A stretch of 64,000 nt of DNA, taken from NCBI GenBank assembly GCA_040954595.2, contig CM082577.2, positions 14,019,903 to 14,083,902 of the forward strand, read 5' to 3'. The notes beneath the pieces were generated by a model. It had not been told where the DNA came from. It made no database searches and saw nothing but the letters and a program-made list of their open reading frames with translations. The stretch's first letter is position 1; every line of letters begins with the position of its first letter. Made by a program: the position numbers and the translations under genes. Shown here piece by piece: positions 1-12,300 of the stretch. The DNA comes from Balanoglossus misakiensis. Taxonomy: Eukaryota; Animalia; Hemichordata.

Positions 1-900
1 TTGATTTCCTGTAATATGATCATGATTACGTGAATAAAATGGACATAAATTCAATTTGGACTCATTAAGATTATGGCAGACTACCCTGGTAGCTATAATT
101 GTATTTAGGCGCCTTGGATAACATTACTTGTTTGCTGGGTGGGTGTAGGTTTCTTGAGAAAGTGTTGTCATAAAGTGTGCGAACACATTTCTGTTGTTTA
201 CATATACGGTACAGATAATGATGTCAGTTTCATTTGTCACCTGATTGCCATGTTAGCATGTACCCATGTGAAGATTGTTTGCTGCACTACTACTGTGTTA
301 ATGGAGTTACAAAATTGCTGTTTCACAGATTTCCCTGATTATTATTCCCTTCTAGTGCATTATCACAACACAGCTTGACCCTACAATTATACCATGTTCT
401 GTTCTGCATATTTTGAATGACATAATGCTAAAAGTTAATTTCTGATTGGTTACTTATTAATATATATATATATATATTGATTCACAGCTGGTGTCTTAAA
501 TGTCATCATTAGGCTGTGGAGGAGGGGGAGAAGACTTGGACCCTATGTTGAAGACCCTTGCGGCATGATTTGCTGTATACAGCGTGTATACATGCTGTAT
601 ACATGCTGTATACATGCTGTCAACATTTGCTGAAGGAAGGGGAGAAGTCCCAGGCCCCATTAAATACTTTTTCTGGTAAGCATGACTTGTTGTATACACA
701 TGTACATGCCAAATAGCTAGTTTATGCTATCTTTTCCCATCAAATGGTTAATTCACCCATTCAAAATTATTGGGGCAGCAATCCACCACTGGTTATCATG
801 GCCACCACTAATAATCACTTGAATATTCTTCACTTGGTAACCTTAATGTAGTGCCACCGTCCACGATTGATTATCACTAGTTGAATAGGGGATCTAATTA

Positions 901-1211
901 AGCAATAAAACACCCGCAGCCATGGTATACCACGAGATTTTGACCAGTTCACGACATATACGCATGAGCGATAGCGAGTGCGTATATGTCGTGAAGTTGA
1001 ACTGGTCAAAATCGAGTGGTATACCATGGCTGGGGGTGTTTTATTGCTATTATATTATGCCAGTATATTGAAACTTTGCATAAAACATTTTAATAAGGCA
1101 TTTTCTTTGACTTTGATATATGACTGTGGTATATGACGAATATATCACGTGTCGTGTCTCGACCAATAAAATAGCGTGATTTACACCATCAATATACTGG
1201 TATAATATAAT
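901..1211. mobile_element. Palindromic non-autonomous element: long hairpin (901-1048) followed by a second inverted-repeat pair
   Basis: Arm 901-964 (agcaataaaacacc...catatacgca) is the near reverse complement of 979-1048, with a 14-nt loop. 1049-1071 (attatattatgccagtatattga) is inverted at 1189-1211. CpG-rich compared with its flanks. Confidence 0.65.
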
Positions 1212-1904
1212 TGTATTTATGGTATAGGGGAAGTACTTCACAACTCAAAAATGTTTGTGTATGTTGATTTCTCATTTCAACTCTTCAGAGATTTGGTCCC
1301 TTCATTTTGGAATAAAATAGCAAATACTAGTAGTATTGTTTCTAAATTTGTTTTGAAAAAACAATCAGAAAAATGTTCCACTATTGTTGAAGCTCGATCT
1401 TAAGAGGTGAGCTATAAAATTACTTTAAAAATTGGTCAGGTATTTTTGGTGGATCTCACATTCTATTGATTAAATCCTTAAAACGGCTTTCCCAGTTTTG
1501 ATTAGGTATTGACTGCGCAAAAATAAGAATATAGTCATTTCAGTTATATATATATTGTTTGTCAATGAATGTTAAAAAATAAATATAGAGAGAAGACAGG
1601 GTGATTCCATGCTACCTTCTCAGTTAGGAGGTAAAAATATTATGGAAAATGTTGAGTCAGCACTTTTCTCACACTGCTATTACTATAGATTTCCTATAGT
1701 GAAAATATCTGAAAACGCAATAATAAATCAAACACGGTGACATAATGTTGTCCTTACATGCTTCTATTTTGGCACCTTTTATGAAATTTTTGAGATTATG
1801 ACAATTTTGCTACTTTTTCTCAAAATTTTATATGTAAAGCTATGTGATAACCACTTACTGCAGGCAGGTAGTTATCTTACCTAAGGAGGGATAGTATACT
1901 TTAA

Positions 1905-2159
1905 CCCTAACGCTGCCAAGTCAGTTGAAACTGGTTTGATATCCAAGGTGCCTAGAATCCTGGCTCCCAAGCCCGTTAGACTGCCAAGTGCTTGTTAATC
2001 AGTAGGGCCTATAAAAGACCCCCAGACCAATACAGTGCAAACCAGTGCGATTTGATACATTTTACAGGGGGCTCACACTGCCAAGTGTGTCTAAGTACGT
2101 ATGAGAGCCATGTCAAGACTTGACACTCTAAACAGATATGACACCCAGTAGCATTAGGG
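1905..2159. mobile_element. piggyBac-type MITE (TTAA target duplication)
   Basis: TTAA|CCCTAACGCTGC ... GTAGCATTAGGG|TTAA: 10/12 TIR match, CCC/GGG termini, TTAA on both sides, no coding capacity. Confidence 0.55.
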
Positions 2160-2567
2160 TTAATATAGAGTATGAAGCTTCCTCCAGGGTGATCTTAGTT
2201 TTGTTCAGATTGTTGCTAGGTTGGATATTTGCAATGTTTAGGCAATTTCTGACATTTTTTGGTAAAACATTGTTTTCTCTTAAACCGTTTGTCAGATTGC
2301 TTTGAAATTTTGAAGGAGTGACCGAAGTAAGATGTTGATACATCCTGGGGTAATTTTTCATTAAAAATTATTTCTTTGAAACCACCTTTCAGAAAACTTT
2401 GAAATGTTGTAGATATGTTCCTCCTAGCAAGGGGTATAAATCCAAGTTATCTGTAGATATAAAATTTGGTGAAATTTGAATTCTTTGGGAAAATTTTGCA
2501 ACTTGGGGTCATAAATTGTATTGTTTAAAACAAGCTTGTCAGATTGCTTTTAACTTTAGTCAAATTC

Positions 2568-3230
2568 TTTAGGTCCCATTCGGTATATGTTTATACAATG
2601 ATTGAGACCTTATGAGATCAGCTGCTGTATGTCCATCCACATAAAAAAATTGAAAATCCCTTTGTGTATCACCTTATATTTGATAAGTAGATGCAGGCTG
2701 GTCTGTAGATGGGATTTTGTTTAAATGAAGTTGTCAATGACAAAATATGCAAATTTTAAATTGGTCAAAACTCAGAAACTTTTTAACTACTCAGCAAATT
2801 GGTACCAAAATTAGTATGCATGTACCTTATGGATGACTTCATACAGTCCTGAATGTTTTGAGCTAATGTCGTAAATTTCATTTTAGTGCTTTTTTGGTCC
2901 TTTCCCCATTTTATGTAAAAATAATTTATGAAAGTGATTGGCCAATTTCTTTATAATTTAGTATGAAGCTTCTTATAGGTAATCTAAGTTGGTTTTGTTT
3001 AAAGTGTTACAAAATTTGTGTACTTGTGACTTTGGGGCAATATGTGCCATTTTTGGTCAAAATCATTTTCTCTGAAACCACTTGTCAAATTTCTTTAAAA
3101 TTTGATAGGAATGTTTATGGAGGTGACCTAAGTAGGATGTTGTAAAATGTCAGTGAAATTTTCATGTTTGTGTTCTTGAGGCAATTTTTTGCAATTTACA
3201 TCAAAAATTGTATTCTTTGAAAACTACTTC
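2568..3230 (+). mobile_element. Degenerate copy of a Helentron/DINE-1-like (HINE) non-autonomous repeat
   Basis: Collinear similarity to 5541-6265 (aggtcccatt...gaccttatg.gatc; tgtagatggga..ttgtt.aaatgaagttgtca.tg.caaaatatgcaaatt; tgtaccttatg...catacagtcctg.atgttttgagctaat). 3' end approximate. Confidence 0.5.
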
Positions 3231-4539
3231 ACCAGTGATTAAGATAATAGCTTATAGCCGGTCAAAACACTTGGTTGTACTCAGCTGGCTATAAAAGTGT
3301 CGTTTTACATTGACAATCTATTGAGAAAATAAAAACTGATTCCAAAGGATTCTTATCTTAAATTGCTTTGGCTAAAACTATTTTCATCAAAACTGCAGAA
3401 AGTTTCTAAACATAATAATCTCCCCTTCCTTCTCCTATGGTAGTCACCCATATTGTGCCTATCACATATTTCTATGACCCCTCAATTATTTTGTTGAATG
3501 ACCCATATGACCGATTGACTGTTTTGGAGAAACCAGGCCAGGCGCCCTTTGTTAACTTTAAATATTAAAATTTATATGTGACTGATGTTGGAGAAAGCTC
3601 ACTTTATAAATAGCGCATCAGTTGAATACCAACACATCCCTGTTTTTCATAATGTCTATGAATGAAGTTAGCAATAAAAGATAGGCAGATAGCCAGTCAC
3701 GTGTTTAAAGTACATTGAGCTGAAGGCCACAAGTTTAAGGAGTCTCACGGGGGATAGCTGTTGACCCTCCGACAGTGAACGAAAATAAGACAACACCATT
3801 GGTACACGTAAGAAGTAATGGATATTCCCCTTAATTTCAAGTTCACTAAACTGTGATAAAGCAGTAATAAAACTGGTTTCAATGTAGGAGGGTAATGTTT
3901 GAGCAAGGCACATAGAGAAGCAATACTGACAATAATGAAATGGATCCCATCCATGCATTCATCAAGGGCGATTTCTAAAGTGCTTTTTGAACAATTTGGC
4001 CTAAGGAGAGTACCCTATGGTTTCTCAATACAAGCCACTTGCTTTTTACAAAACAAATCAAATTTCACCCTAAAGAGTGTTAGAGATTTACTACTTTCAT
4101 ATTAGGAGCTGAATCTGAATCCAAAATTAGATGTGAGCCTAGGTTGTGAGTGCATAGTTACCCAGGAAATTTGATAAAATGCCTCCCATAGGTATTGGTT
4201 TTGAACTCGCTTCAGAAATAGGTATGAACATTTTGAAATTATTTTTACTGGTACATTTCAGACTGATTTCTCATTTACAGAGAAATGAACACTGGATAGA
4301 GTATTTGTCTGTAAAAAGACATATGCAAACACAAGAAGTAGTTTGAACGTAATCAGTACATTAAAAAGAAAGTTTAGGAGCTATAAACTTAGGAAGATTA
4401 GTGATTATTGTTTGTCAGAAATTTTCCCCAAGTCATTTTTCAAGCACATGGAATTTTTCAAGCACAGCAGAATAGTAGCCTTAAGTAACGAAGTGTGATG
4501 ATTTAAAATGTAAAAAAACAACACCAATGTTTAGCTTTG

Positions 4540-5330
4540 CTGTCATCACTGCGAAGGTTATCAGATAGGGGGGTTGTTAGTCATCTCGTGTCTGTCAACA
4601 CTTGTTTTCTTTTCTTAAAACACTGGTACAATTGCTTTTGGTATGCAAGTTCCTAGGGGTAACTTAAGTGCTTTTGGTATGCAAGTTCCTAGGGGTAACT
4701 TAAGTATGTTCAAATTGTGCTGAAATTTGCATATTTGTGGCTTGGAACAAATTTTTGCTGGTTTTGGAAGAAAAAAGCTTTTCGTATTATTTTAGGTATG
4801 CATCTTCCTACAGGTGACCAGGTAATGTTTCTTCAAAATGTGGTGAAATTTGCATATTTTGGGGAAATTTTTTTCCAAACCCACATATCCTATTTCTCTC
4901 AAATTTAGTATGCATCTCTGTGAGCTTTGTGACAAATCTGCAATTTTGTATTTTTGGACAGATGCCTTTTTATATAATCAAATCTTATCTGAATCTGTAT
5001 GTCAGGTTGCCATGTCCACAGGGGTGATCTAATTTTGTTTACAATATGACCGAATCTGTAGTGTTCGAGATGATCTTCAGAATAGGTGTGTCTAATTGTT
5101 TTGAACTTTGGCGTAAAGGTCCCTGGGTGATCTTAGTCAACATTGTTGAAATTGTGGTGAATATCGCATTATTATTTTTTGCCCGAGTCTGCTTGTCTGA
5201 TTACTCTGAAATTTGGTGTGAAGGTTTTTAAGAGTGACCTTAGTGAAGTGTTAAATAGTATTTGTACATAGAAGTAAAATTTGTATCATTGAGGATATTT
5301 GTGACGTTTTTGAAATTCAAGATGGCCGCC
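4540..5330 (+). repeat. Degenerate tandem core repeats related to the HINE-like family, including an exact 37-bp local duplication near 4632-4705
   Basis: Recurring motif ...ggtatgca.gttcctagggg...caaattgtg.tgaaatttgcatattt, also seen at 2170-2560 and 6000-6260. Boundaries approximate. Confidence 0.4.
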
Positions 5331-5540
5331 AATCTCTCTGTTAACTCTATGGAAAAATGGTAATATAGATAATTTTATAAAGAAAAACAAAGAGACTCCC
5401 AAACTTTCATATACCAAATACAGTAATTGGAAGATTTAGATAGCTATCTTTTTTCTCAAATCTTAACTTGTAGGATTCTTTTTCAATCTCAGTCATCTGT
5501 AAAGATCATAAAGAACAGCAAACTCTATACATTAAGTCTA

Positions 5541-6265
5541 ATTAGGTCCCATTGGTATGTACCATGGGACCTTATGGGATCGGTTGCGTCTGTATGTATG
5601 TATGGATGGATGGATGGATGGATGGATGGATGGATGGCTGGATGTATGGATGTATGTCTGTATGTCCGTCCACATCAAAAACTTGAAAACCGCTGCGCGT
5701 ATGACCTCGATATTTGGTGTGTAGATGAAGGCAGGGCTGTAGATGGGAGTTTGTTCAAATGAAGTTGTCATTGCCAAAATATGCAAATTAGCTAGGAAAA
5801 TGTGAAATTGGTCAAAGCTCAAAAACTCAACAACCACTGGTCATATTGATTTGAAAATTAGTATGTATGTACCTTATGTCAACCTCATACAGTCCTGTAT
5901 GTTTTGAGCTAATATTATTGATTTCCTATTTTTTATGCATTGTTTTGTATTTTTCCATGTTATTGGAAAAAAAGTCTTCATTTCTGAAATTGATGGGCTT
6001 ACTTCTTTGATATTTAGTATGAAGCTTCCTAATGGTTGTCTGAGTAACCATAGTTTTGTTCAAATTATTGCAAAATTTGCATATTTATAATTTATATTTG
6101 CCATTTTTGGTCAAAATTTAGTTTTCTTTAATACCGCATGCCAGATTGCTTTGCAATTTGGTAGGCATGTTCGTAGGGGTAACCTAAGTAATATGTTGTA
6201 AAAAAAATTGATATTTTCATAAATGTGTTATCGAGGAATCTTTTGCAATTTTTGTCAAAATCCAT
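5541..6265 (+). mobile_element. Helentron/DINE-1-like (HINE) non-autonomous element
   Basis: Short 5' inverted repeat aggtcccat (5544-5552) / atgggacct (5564-5572), then a (GTAT)n/(GGAT)n microsatellite, then degenerate core repeats. This layout matches DINE-1/HINE elements; second copy at 2568. 3' end approximate. Confidence 0.55.
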
Positions 6266-6782
6266 GTCTTGTAATGATATTCTCAAGGGGTGTTGTTTAT
6301 AAACTGAAGAGGGCAGGTGCAAGAACAGAGCCTTGGGGAACACCACAAATACACACATGAGCTCTTGACACCACTGACTCAACACATACTCTCATTGTTC
6401 TACTCAAATACGAACTAATCCATTTAGACACAGTACCTAATAGAGCTAGAATTCTGGACTTTGTTGGACATGGATCAGTTTGGGATCAAAGTGTATCGAC
6501 AAAATGTTCAGTGACCACACAGTCACTTTTGGCCTGCTTTCCTATATCTTTGTATCCACATCAGATACAGCCTTGGTATTCCCTAGTAACCATGGGAACT
6601 GCTTGGGCCCTGCCAATGCTGTTTGCAGCTTTAATTTTTAAACAATCTCTTCTTATCAAGCTTTTCTTTATCAATGATGGTGAATTGTTGATCTAATCAA
6701 TTTATTAAAATATTTTCATTCTTTTTTTTTACATTAGGTTCATTGGTAACACTGCCTCCTGAGGAAGTGTGAAATTTGTGAT

Positions 6783-7235
6783 GATGCCAGAATCTAATAC
6801 TGTAACGGATGGATGAACTTAAACTTGTAACGACGCCAGATGCTAATACTGTAATAGATGGACGAACTTAATACTTGTAACGACGCCGGCACCTAATACT
6901 GTAATGGATGGATGAATTTAAACTTGTAACGACGCCGACACCTAATACTGTACTGGATGGATGAACTTAAACTTGTAACGACGCCAGCTCCTTATACTGT
7001 TACGGATGGTGAACTTAAACTTGTAACGACGCCGGCACCTAATACTGTAATGGATGGATGAACTTAAACTTGTAACGACGCCAGCTCCTAATACTGTAAT
7101 GGATGGATGAACTTAAACTTGTAACGACGCCAGCTCCTTATACTGTAACGGATGGTGAACTTAAACTTGTAACGACGCCAGCTCCTAATACTGTACTGGA
7201 TGGATGAACTTAAATTTGTAACGACGCCAGATGAT
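6783..7235. repeat. 49-bp minisatellite, about 9 copies
   Basis: Unit gacgccagctcctaatactgtaatggatggatgaacttaaacttgtaac; period 49 (e.g. 7077 to 7126). Confidence 0.9.
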
Positions 7236-7657
7236 GCTACTGGAACCAAAGGGATGACTGACATCGCCATGATTTGCTGTTCCGATCAATTTATTAATAG
7301 TCATTTTTTTTCTCAGTAGGTAAAACCATCGCTGGAGGAGGCTGGAGTATAATTAATATTTGTAACGACACCAGATGATAAAACCGTAATGATGGGATGA
7401 ATTAGAAGACTGGAGGTGAAGCTAATATGGCCAATAAAATGCTGTGCACAAGGGTACTGTAATAATTAAAACTACAAGGGTATAATATAATTGTGTCAAT
7501 GGTGGGATAGTAAATAAATACTTTAAAATATGGGTAAAGCCACGTGGTTAATTAAAAACTGTACATGTACAGAGGGTAATTACCGGTATAATATGACATG
7601 GAGTAAAAGTTAATGGTGTAAAAATAGTGTAACACAAGGTACTGGTGGTAATCTTGA

Positions 7658-7865
7658 TGGTATAAACAAGAATCAAATAAGTATGGGTTTTGTCTAAATG
7701 GGGTTAATATTGCTAGAGTGTAATCATATACTTGGTGGTATAAACAAGAGTATAATATATATGGGTTGCGTCTAAATGGGGTTAATAATGTAGAGTGTAA
7801 TTATATAGTTGGTGGTATAAACAAGAGTATGATATATATGGGATGCGTCTAAATAGGGTTAATAT
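7658..7865. repeat. 77-78-bp tandem repeat, about 2.7 copies
   Basis: tggtataaacaaga...atggg.tg.gtctaaat.gggttaata at 7658, 7736 and 7813. Confidence 0.8.
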
Positions 7866-7999
7866 TACAAGGATGTAATGATTAAGTACAATAATTATTA
7901 TAATTTTTTCCATGTATCCGTGTGATTTTCTTGTTTGTATTTCAGCGGAATCAGCTCGTCGTGCAATGGAATTTTGTTACGCGCCCGTGTGATTTGCCG

Positions 8000-8172
8000 G
8001 TGGAATTTTCGCAACGTTATCCGTGATTTCATTCGTCATCGCTATTTGCTCATCAACACAAATCAGCTATCTCGTGCATCCGCGATCGTGTACTTCGCTA
8101 GTGGAATTTTCGCAACGTTATCTGTGATTTCATTCATCATCGCTATTCACTCGTCAACATGTATCTCGTGCA
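8000..8172. repeat. ~101-bp imperfect direct duplication
   Basis: gtggaattttcgcaacgttatc.gtgatttcattc.tcatcgctatt at 8000 and 8101. Confidence 0.75.
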
Positions 8173-8730
8173 ACAGCACTACATCAGCGGTAAAAATACA
8201 AAAAATGGCAAGACAATCGGGTTAGTTTGAGCCCCTACTTTTAGCATTTGCAACAGACAATGGGGGAGAGGGCAGTGTTTCCTCATTTTATGTTTGGCTC
8301 GAGGTTTTTTCACGGTCCCTCAGGCGCGTAAAGGAAGTTAGATTATCACACAGAATGTAATTATCTTGCTTGATATCAAAAAAGGAAAAATATGGGGGAG
8401 CTTCTTACGATTTGTACCCAAGAGGCTTATGGTTTTTTACCCATAGGTAATATAAGCACATAATAATAGCCTAAAAAACTAACATTTAACTAAAGGGTAA
8501 AATCCTAAAGTTATTGTGTGCAACATCAATAGAAGCTATTTTGGCACATTATTTTGGTTTGATAGACAGATGCTATTTCTGCTCAATGTTTCTGTTTGTC
8601 TACTTGGACATATTGTTTCAAATTTGTATATGACATTTTGTTTCAAATTGGGTATATGACACCTTGATTCAAATTGGTATGCAAGATATTTTACATCAGC
8701 ATTAGCCACCTAGCCACACTTAAGGTACAC

Positions 8731-8862
8731 AGTATAGGAAAAATAATGAAATTTTGCAACCAAAAAAACAGAGGTATTCTTGGGGTGTCTTTGACATGGC
8801 GGTTCGACTCCGTCGGTACCTAAGCTTGGAAAGCAAAAACTTCATTGTTTTTCATATGTACT
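8731..8862. mobile_element. Short palindromic (hairpin) element with a branched tRNA-like/T-shaped apex
   Basis: Outer arms gaaaaataatgaaattttgc / gcaaaaacttcattgtttttc. Core 8772-8821 folds into a 7-bp stem with two hairpins and contains GGTTCGACTCC. Confidence 0.5.
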
Positions 8863-9226
8863 AAATAATAATATTCCAAATTCATATTTTTGTTTTCGTA
8901 CAGTTTGTTCAATACAGAAAAAAATGCTTTGTTTCAGTTAGGGGGCCAAAGCTTTCCCACCTTGTCTTGCCAACTTTTCACACTTCTTCAAGATGCGTCA
9001 TCAGCATTAGGCAGTATTTGATCAAATTGGTCAATACAATGTAAAATTAGACTTATACAGAGAGAGAGAGAAAAACAAATCTTTATGTTTATATTCATTA
9101 TAATGTTTCCGTTGCTTTACCTCGCAAATGATAGCCTTGAGGATTTTGCTTTTCACCAGCAATGCTGTACCAACCGGGGAGAGAAAATTAACTTATGTTT
9201 TGCATGATTCAAAGCCAGAACATCTG

Positions 9227-9320
9227 CACCAATTCATGCAGCAAGTCCATAGTAAGGAAGTTCACCAATTCATGCAGCAAGTCCATAGTAAGGAAGTTCA
9301 CCAATTCATGTAGCAAGTCT
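9227..9320. repeat. 36-bp tandem repeat, about 2.6 copies
   Basis: caccaattcatgcagcaagtccatagtaaggaagtt at 9227, 9263 and partially at 9299. Confidence 0.85.
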
Positions 9321-9397
9321 GAAAACGAAGTTCACTGTTAGGATATTTTACCTTTTTCTGCATTTACCAGTGACCGTTATAAAAGACAAATAAAGAG

Positions 9398-12300
9398 ATG
9401 TATTGAGTGTTCATTAAAAGTTTTCCATTATACAGTCCAATATGGACTGGTTAAACATTGACGCAAGGTTCGACCATATAGAACTCTCAAATATGGTTTG
9501 TGTTGAGTGTTAATAAAAAGTTAGTACTGTCCACTATGGACTGGTTAAACATTGACGCAAGGGGTGACCGTATAGAACTCTCAAATATGGGTTGTGTTGA
9601 GTGTTAATAAAAAGATGGGTACTGTACACTGTGACCTGGTTAAACATTGACACAACTGTTGCCCATATAGCATGTATGGTGCATTGAGTGTTCATGCAAA
9701 GTTTTGAATCTACTGTCCACTATGGACTGGTTAAACATTGATTGATGCAAGGGTTGACCTTAGAGAACTCTCAAATATGGGTTGTGTTGAGTGTTAATAA
9801 AAATATGGGTACTGTACACTGTGACCTGGTTAAACATTGACACAACAGTTGCCCATATAGCATTTATGGACTTGAGTGCTCATTCAAAGTTTTGTATAAT
9901 ACTGTCCACTATGGACTGGTTAAACATTGACGCAAGGGGTGACCGTATAGAACTCTCAAATATGGGTTGTGTTAAGTGTTAATAAAAAGATGGGTACTGT
10001 ACACTGTGACCTGGTTAAACATTGACACAAAAGTTGCCCATATAGCATGTATGGTGTACTGAGTGTTCATGCAAAGTTTTGCATAATACTGCCACTATGG
10101 ACTGGTTAAACATTGACGCAAGGGTTGACCTTATAGAACTCTCAAATATGGTTTGTGTTGAGTGTTAATAAAAAGTACATAATGACCTGGTTAAACATTG
10201 ACACAACAGTTACCCATATAGCATGTACAGTGCATTGAGTGTTCATCCAAAGTTTTGAATCTACTGTCCACTATGGACTGGTTAAACATTGATTGATGCA
10301 AGGGTTGACCTTATAGAACTATCAAATATGGGTTGTGTTGAGTGTTAATAAAAAGTTAAGTACTGTACACTATGACCTGGTTAAACATTGACACAACAGT
10401 TGCCCATAGAGCATGTATGGTGTATTGAGTGCTCATTCAAAGTTTTGAATCTACTGTCCACTATGGACTGGTTAAACATTGATTGATGCAAGGGTTGACC
10501 TTATAGAACTCTCAAATATGGGTTGTGTTGAGTGTTAATAAAAAGTTAAGTACTGTACACTATGACCTGGTTAAACATTGACACAACAGTTGCCCATATA
10601 GCATGTACAGTGTATTGAGTGTTCATGCAAAGTTTTGCATAATGCTGTCCACTATGGACTGATTAAACATTAATGACGCAAGGGTTGACCTTATAGAACT
10701 CTCAAATATGGTTTGTGTTGAGTGTTAATAAAAAGATGGGTACTGTACACTGTGACCTGGTTAAACATTAACCCAACAATTACCCATATAGCATGTACAG
10801 TGTATTGAGTGTTCATGCTAAGTTTTGCATAATACTGTCCACTATGGACGGTTAAACATTAATGACGCAAGGGTTGACATTATAGAACTCTCAAATATGG
10901 GTTTTTGTTGAGTGTTAATAAAAAGATGGGTACTGTACACTGTGACCTTGTTAAACATTGACACAACAGTTGCCCATATAGCATGTATGGTGTATTGAGT
11001 GCTCATTCAAAGTTTTGTATAATACTGTCCACTATGGACTGGTTAAACATTGACGCAAGGGGTGACCGTATAGAACTCTCAAATATGGGTTGTGTTAAGT
11101 GTTAATAAAAAGATGGGTACTGTACTCTGTGACCTGGTTAAACATTGACACAAAAGTTGCCCATATAGCATGTATGGTGTATTGAGTGTTCATGCAAAGT
11201 TTTGCATAATGCTGTCCACTATGGACTGGTTAAACATTAATTAATGCAAGGGTTGACCTTATAGAACTCTCAAATATGGGTTGTGTTGAGTGTTAATAAA
11301 AAGTTAAGTACTGTACACTATGACCTGGTTAAACATTGACACAACAGTTACCCATATAGCATGTGCAGTGTATTGAGTGTTCATGCAAAGTTTTGCATAA
11401 TGCTGTCCACTATGGACTGATTAAACATTAATGACGCAAGGGTTGACCTTATAGAACTCTCAAATATGGTTTGTGTTGAGTGTTAATAAAAAGATGGGTA
11501 CTGTACACTGTGACCTGGTTAAACATTGACACAACAATTACCCATATAGCATGTACAGTGTATTGAGTGTTCATGCTAAGTTTTGCATAATACTGTCCAC
11601 TATGGACGGTTAAACATTAATGACGCAAGGGTTGACCTTATAGAGCTCTCAAATATGGTTTGTGTTGAGTGTTAATAAAAAGTACATAATGACCTGGTTA
11701 AACATTGACACAACAGTTACCCATATAGCATGTACAGTGTATTGAGTGTTCATGCAAAGTTTTGCATAATACTGTCCACTATGGACTGGTTAAACATTGA
11801 CGCAAGGGTTGAACTTATAGAACTCTCAAATATGGGTTGTGTTGAGTGTTAATAAAAATATGGGTACTGTACACTGTGACCTGGTTAAACATTGACACAA
11901 CAGTTGCCCATGTAGCATGTATGGTGTATTGAGTGCTCATTCAAAGTTTTGTATAATACTGTCCACTATGGACTGGTTAAACATTGACGCAAGGGTTGAC
12001 CTTATAGAACTCTCAAATATGGGTTTTTGTTGAGTGTTAATAAAAAGATGGGTACTGTACACTGTGACCTGGTTAAACATTGACACAACAGTTGCCCATA
12101 TAGCATGTATGGTGTATTGAGTGCTCATTCAAAGTTTTGCATAATACTGTCCACTATGGACTGGTTAAAAATTGACGCAAGGGGTGACCGTATAGAACTC
12201 TCAAATATGGGTTGTGTTAAGTGTTAATAAAAAGATGGGTACTGTACACTGTGACCTGGTTAAACATTGAAACAAAAGTTGCCCATATAGCATGTATGGT

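Noticed and set aside
6783-7235. 49-bp repeat as CRISPR or coding repeat
   Set aside because: Head-to-tail units without spacers; the period is not a multiple of 3.
8772-8821. Canonical tRNA gene
   Set aside because: No D-arm or A-box and only a 3-nt loop where the anticodon loop should be; kept only as a tRNA-like structure.
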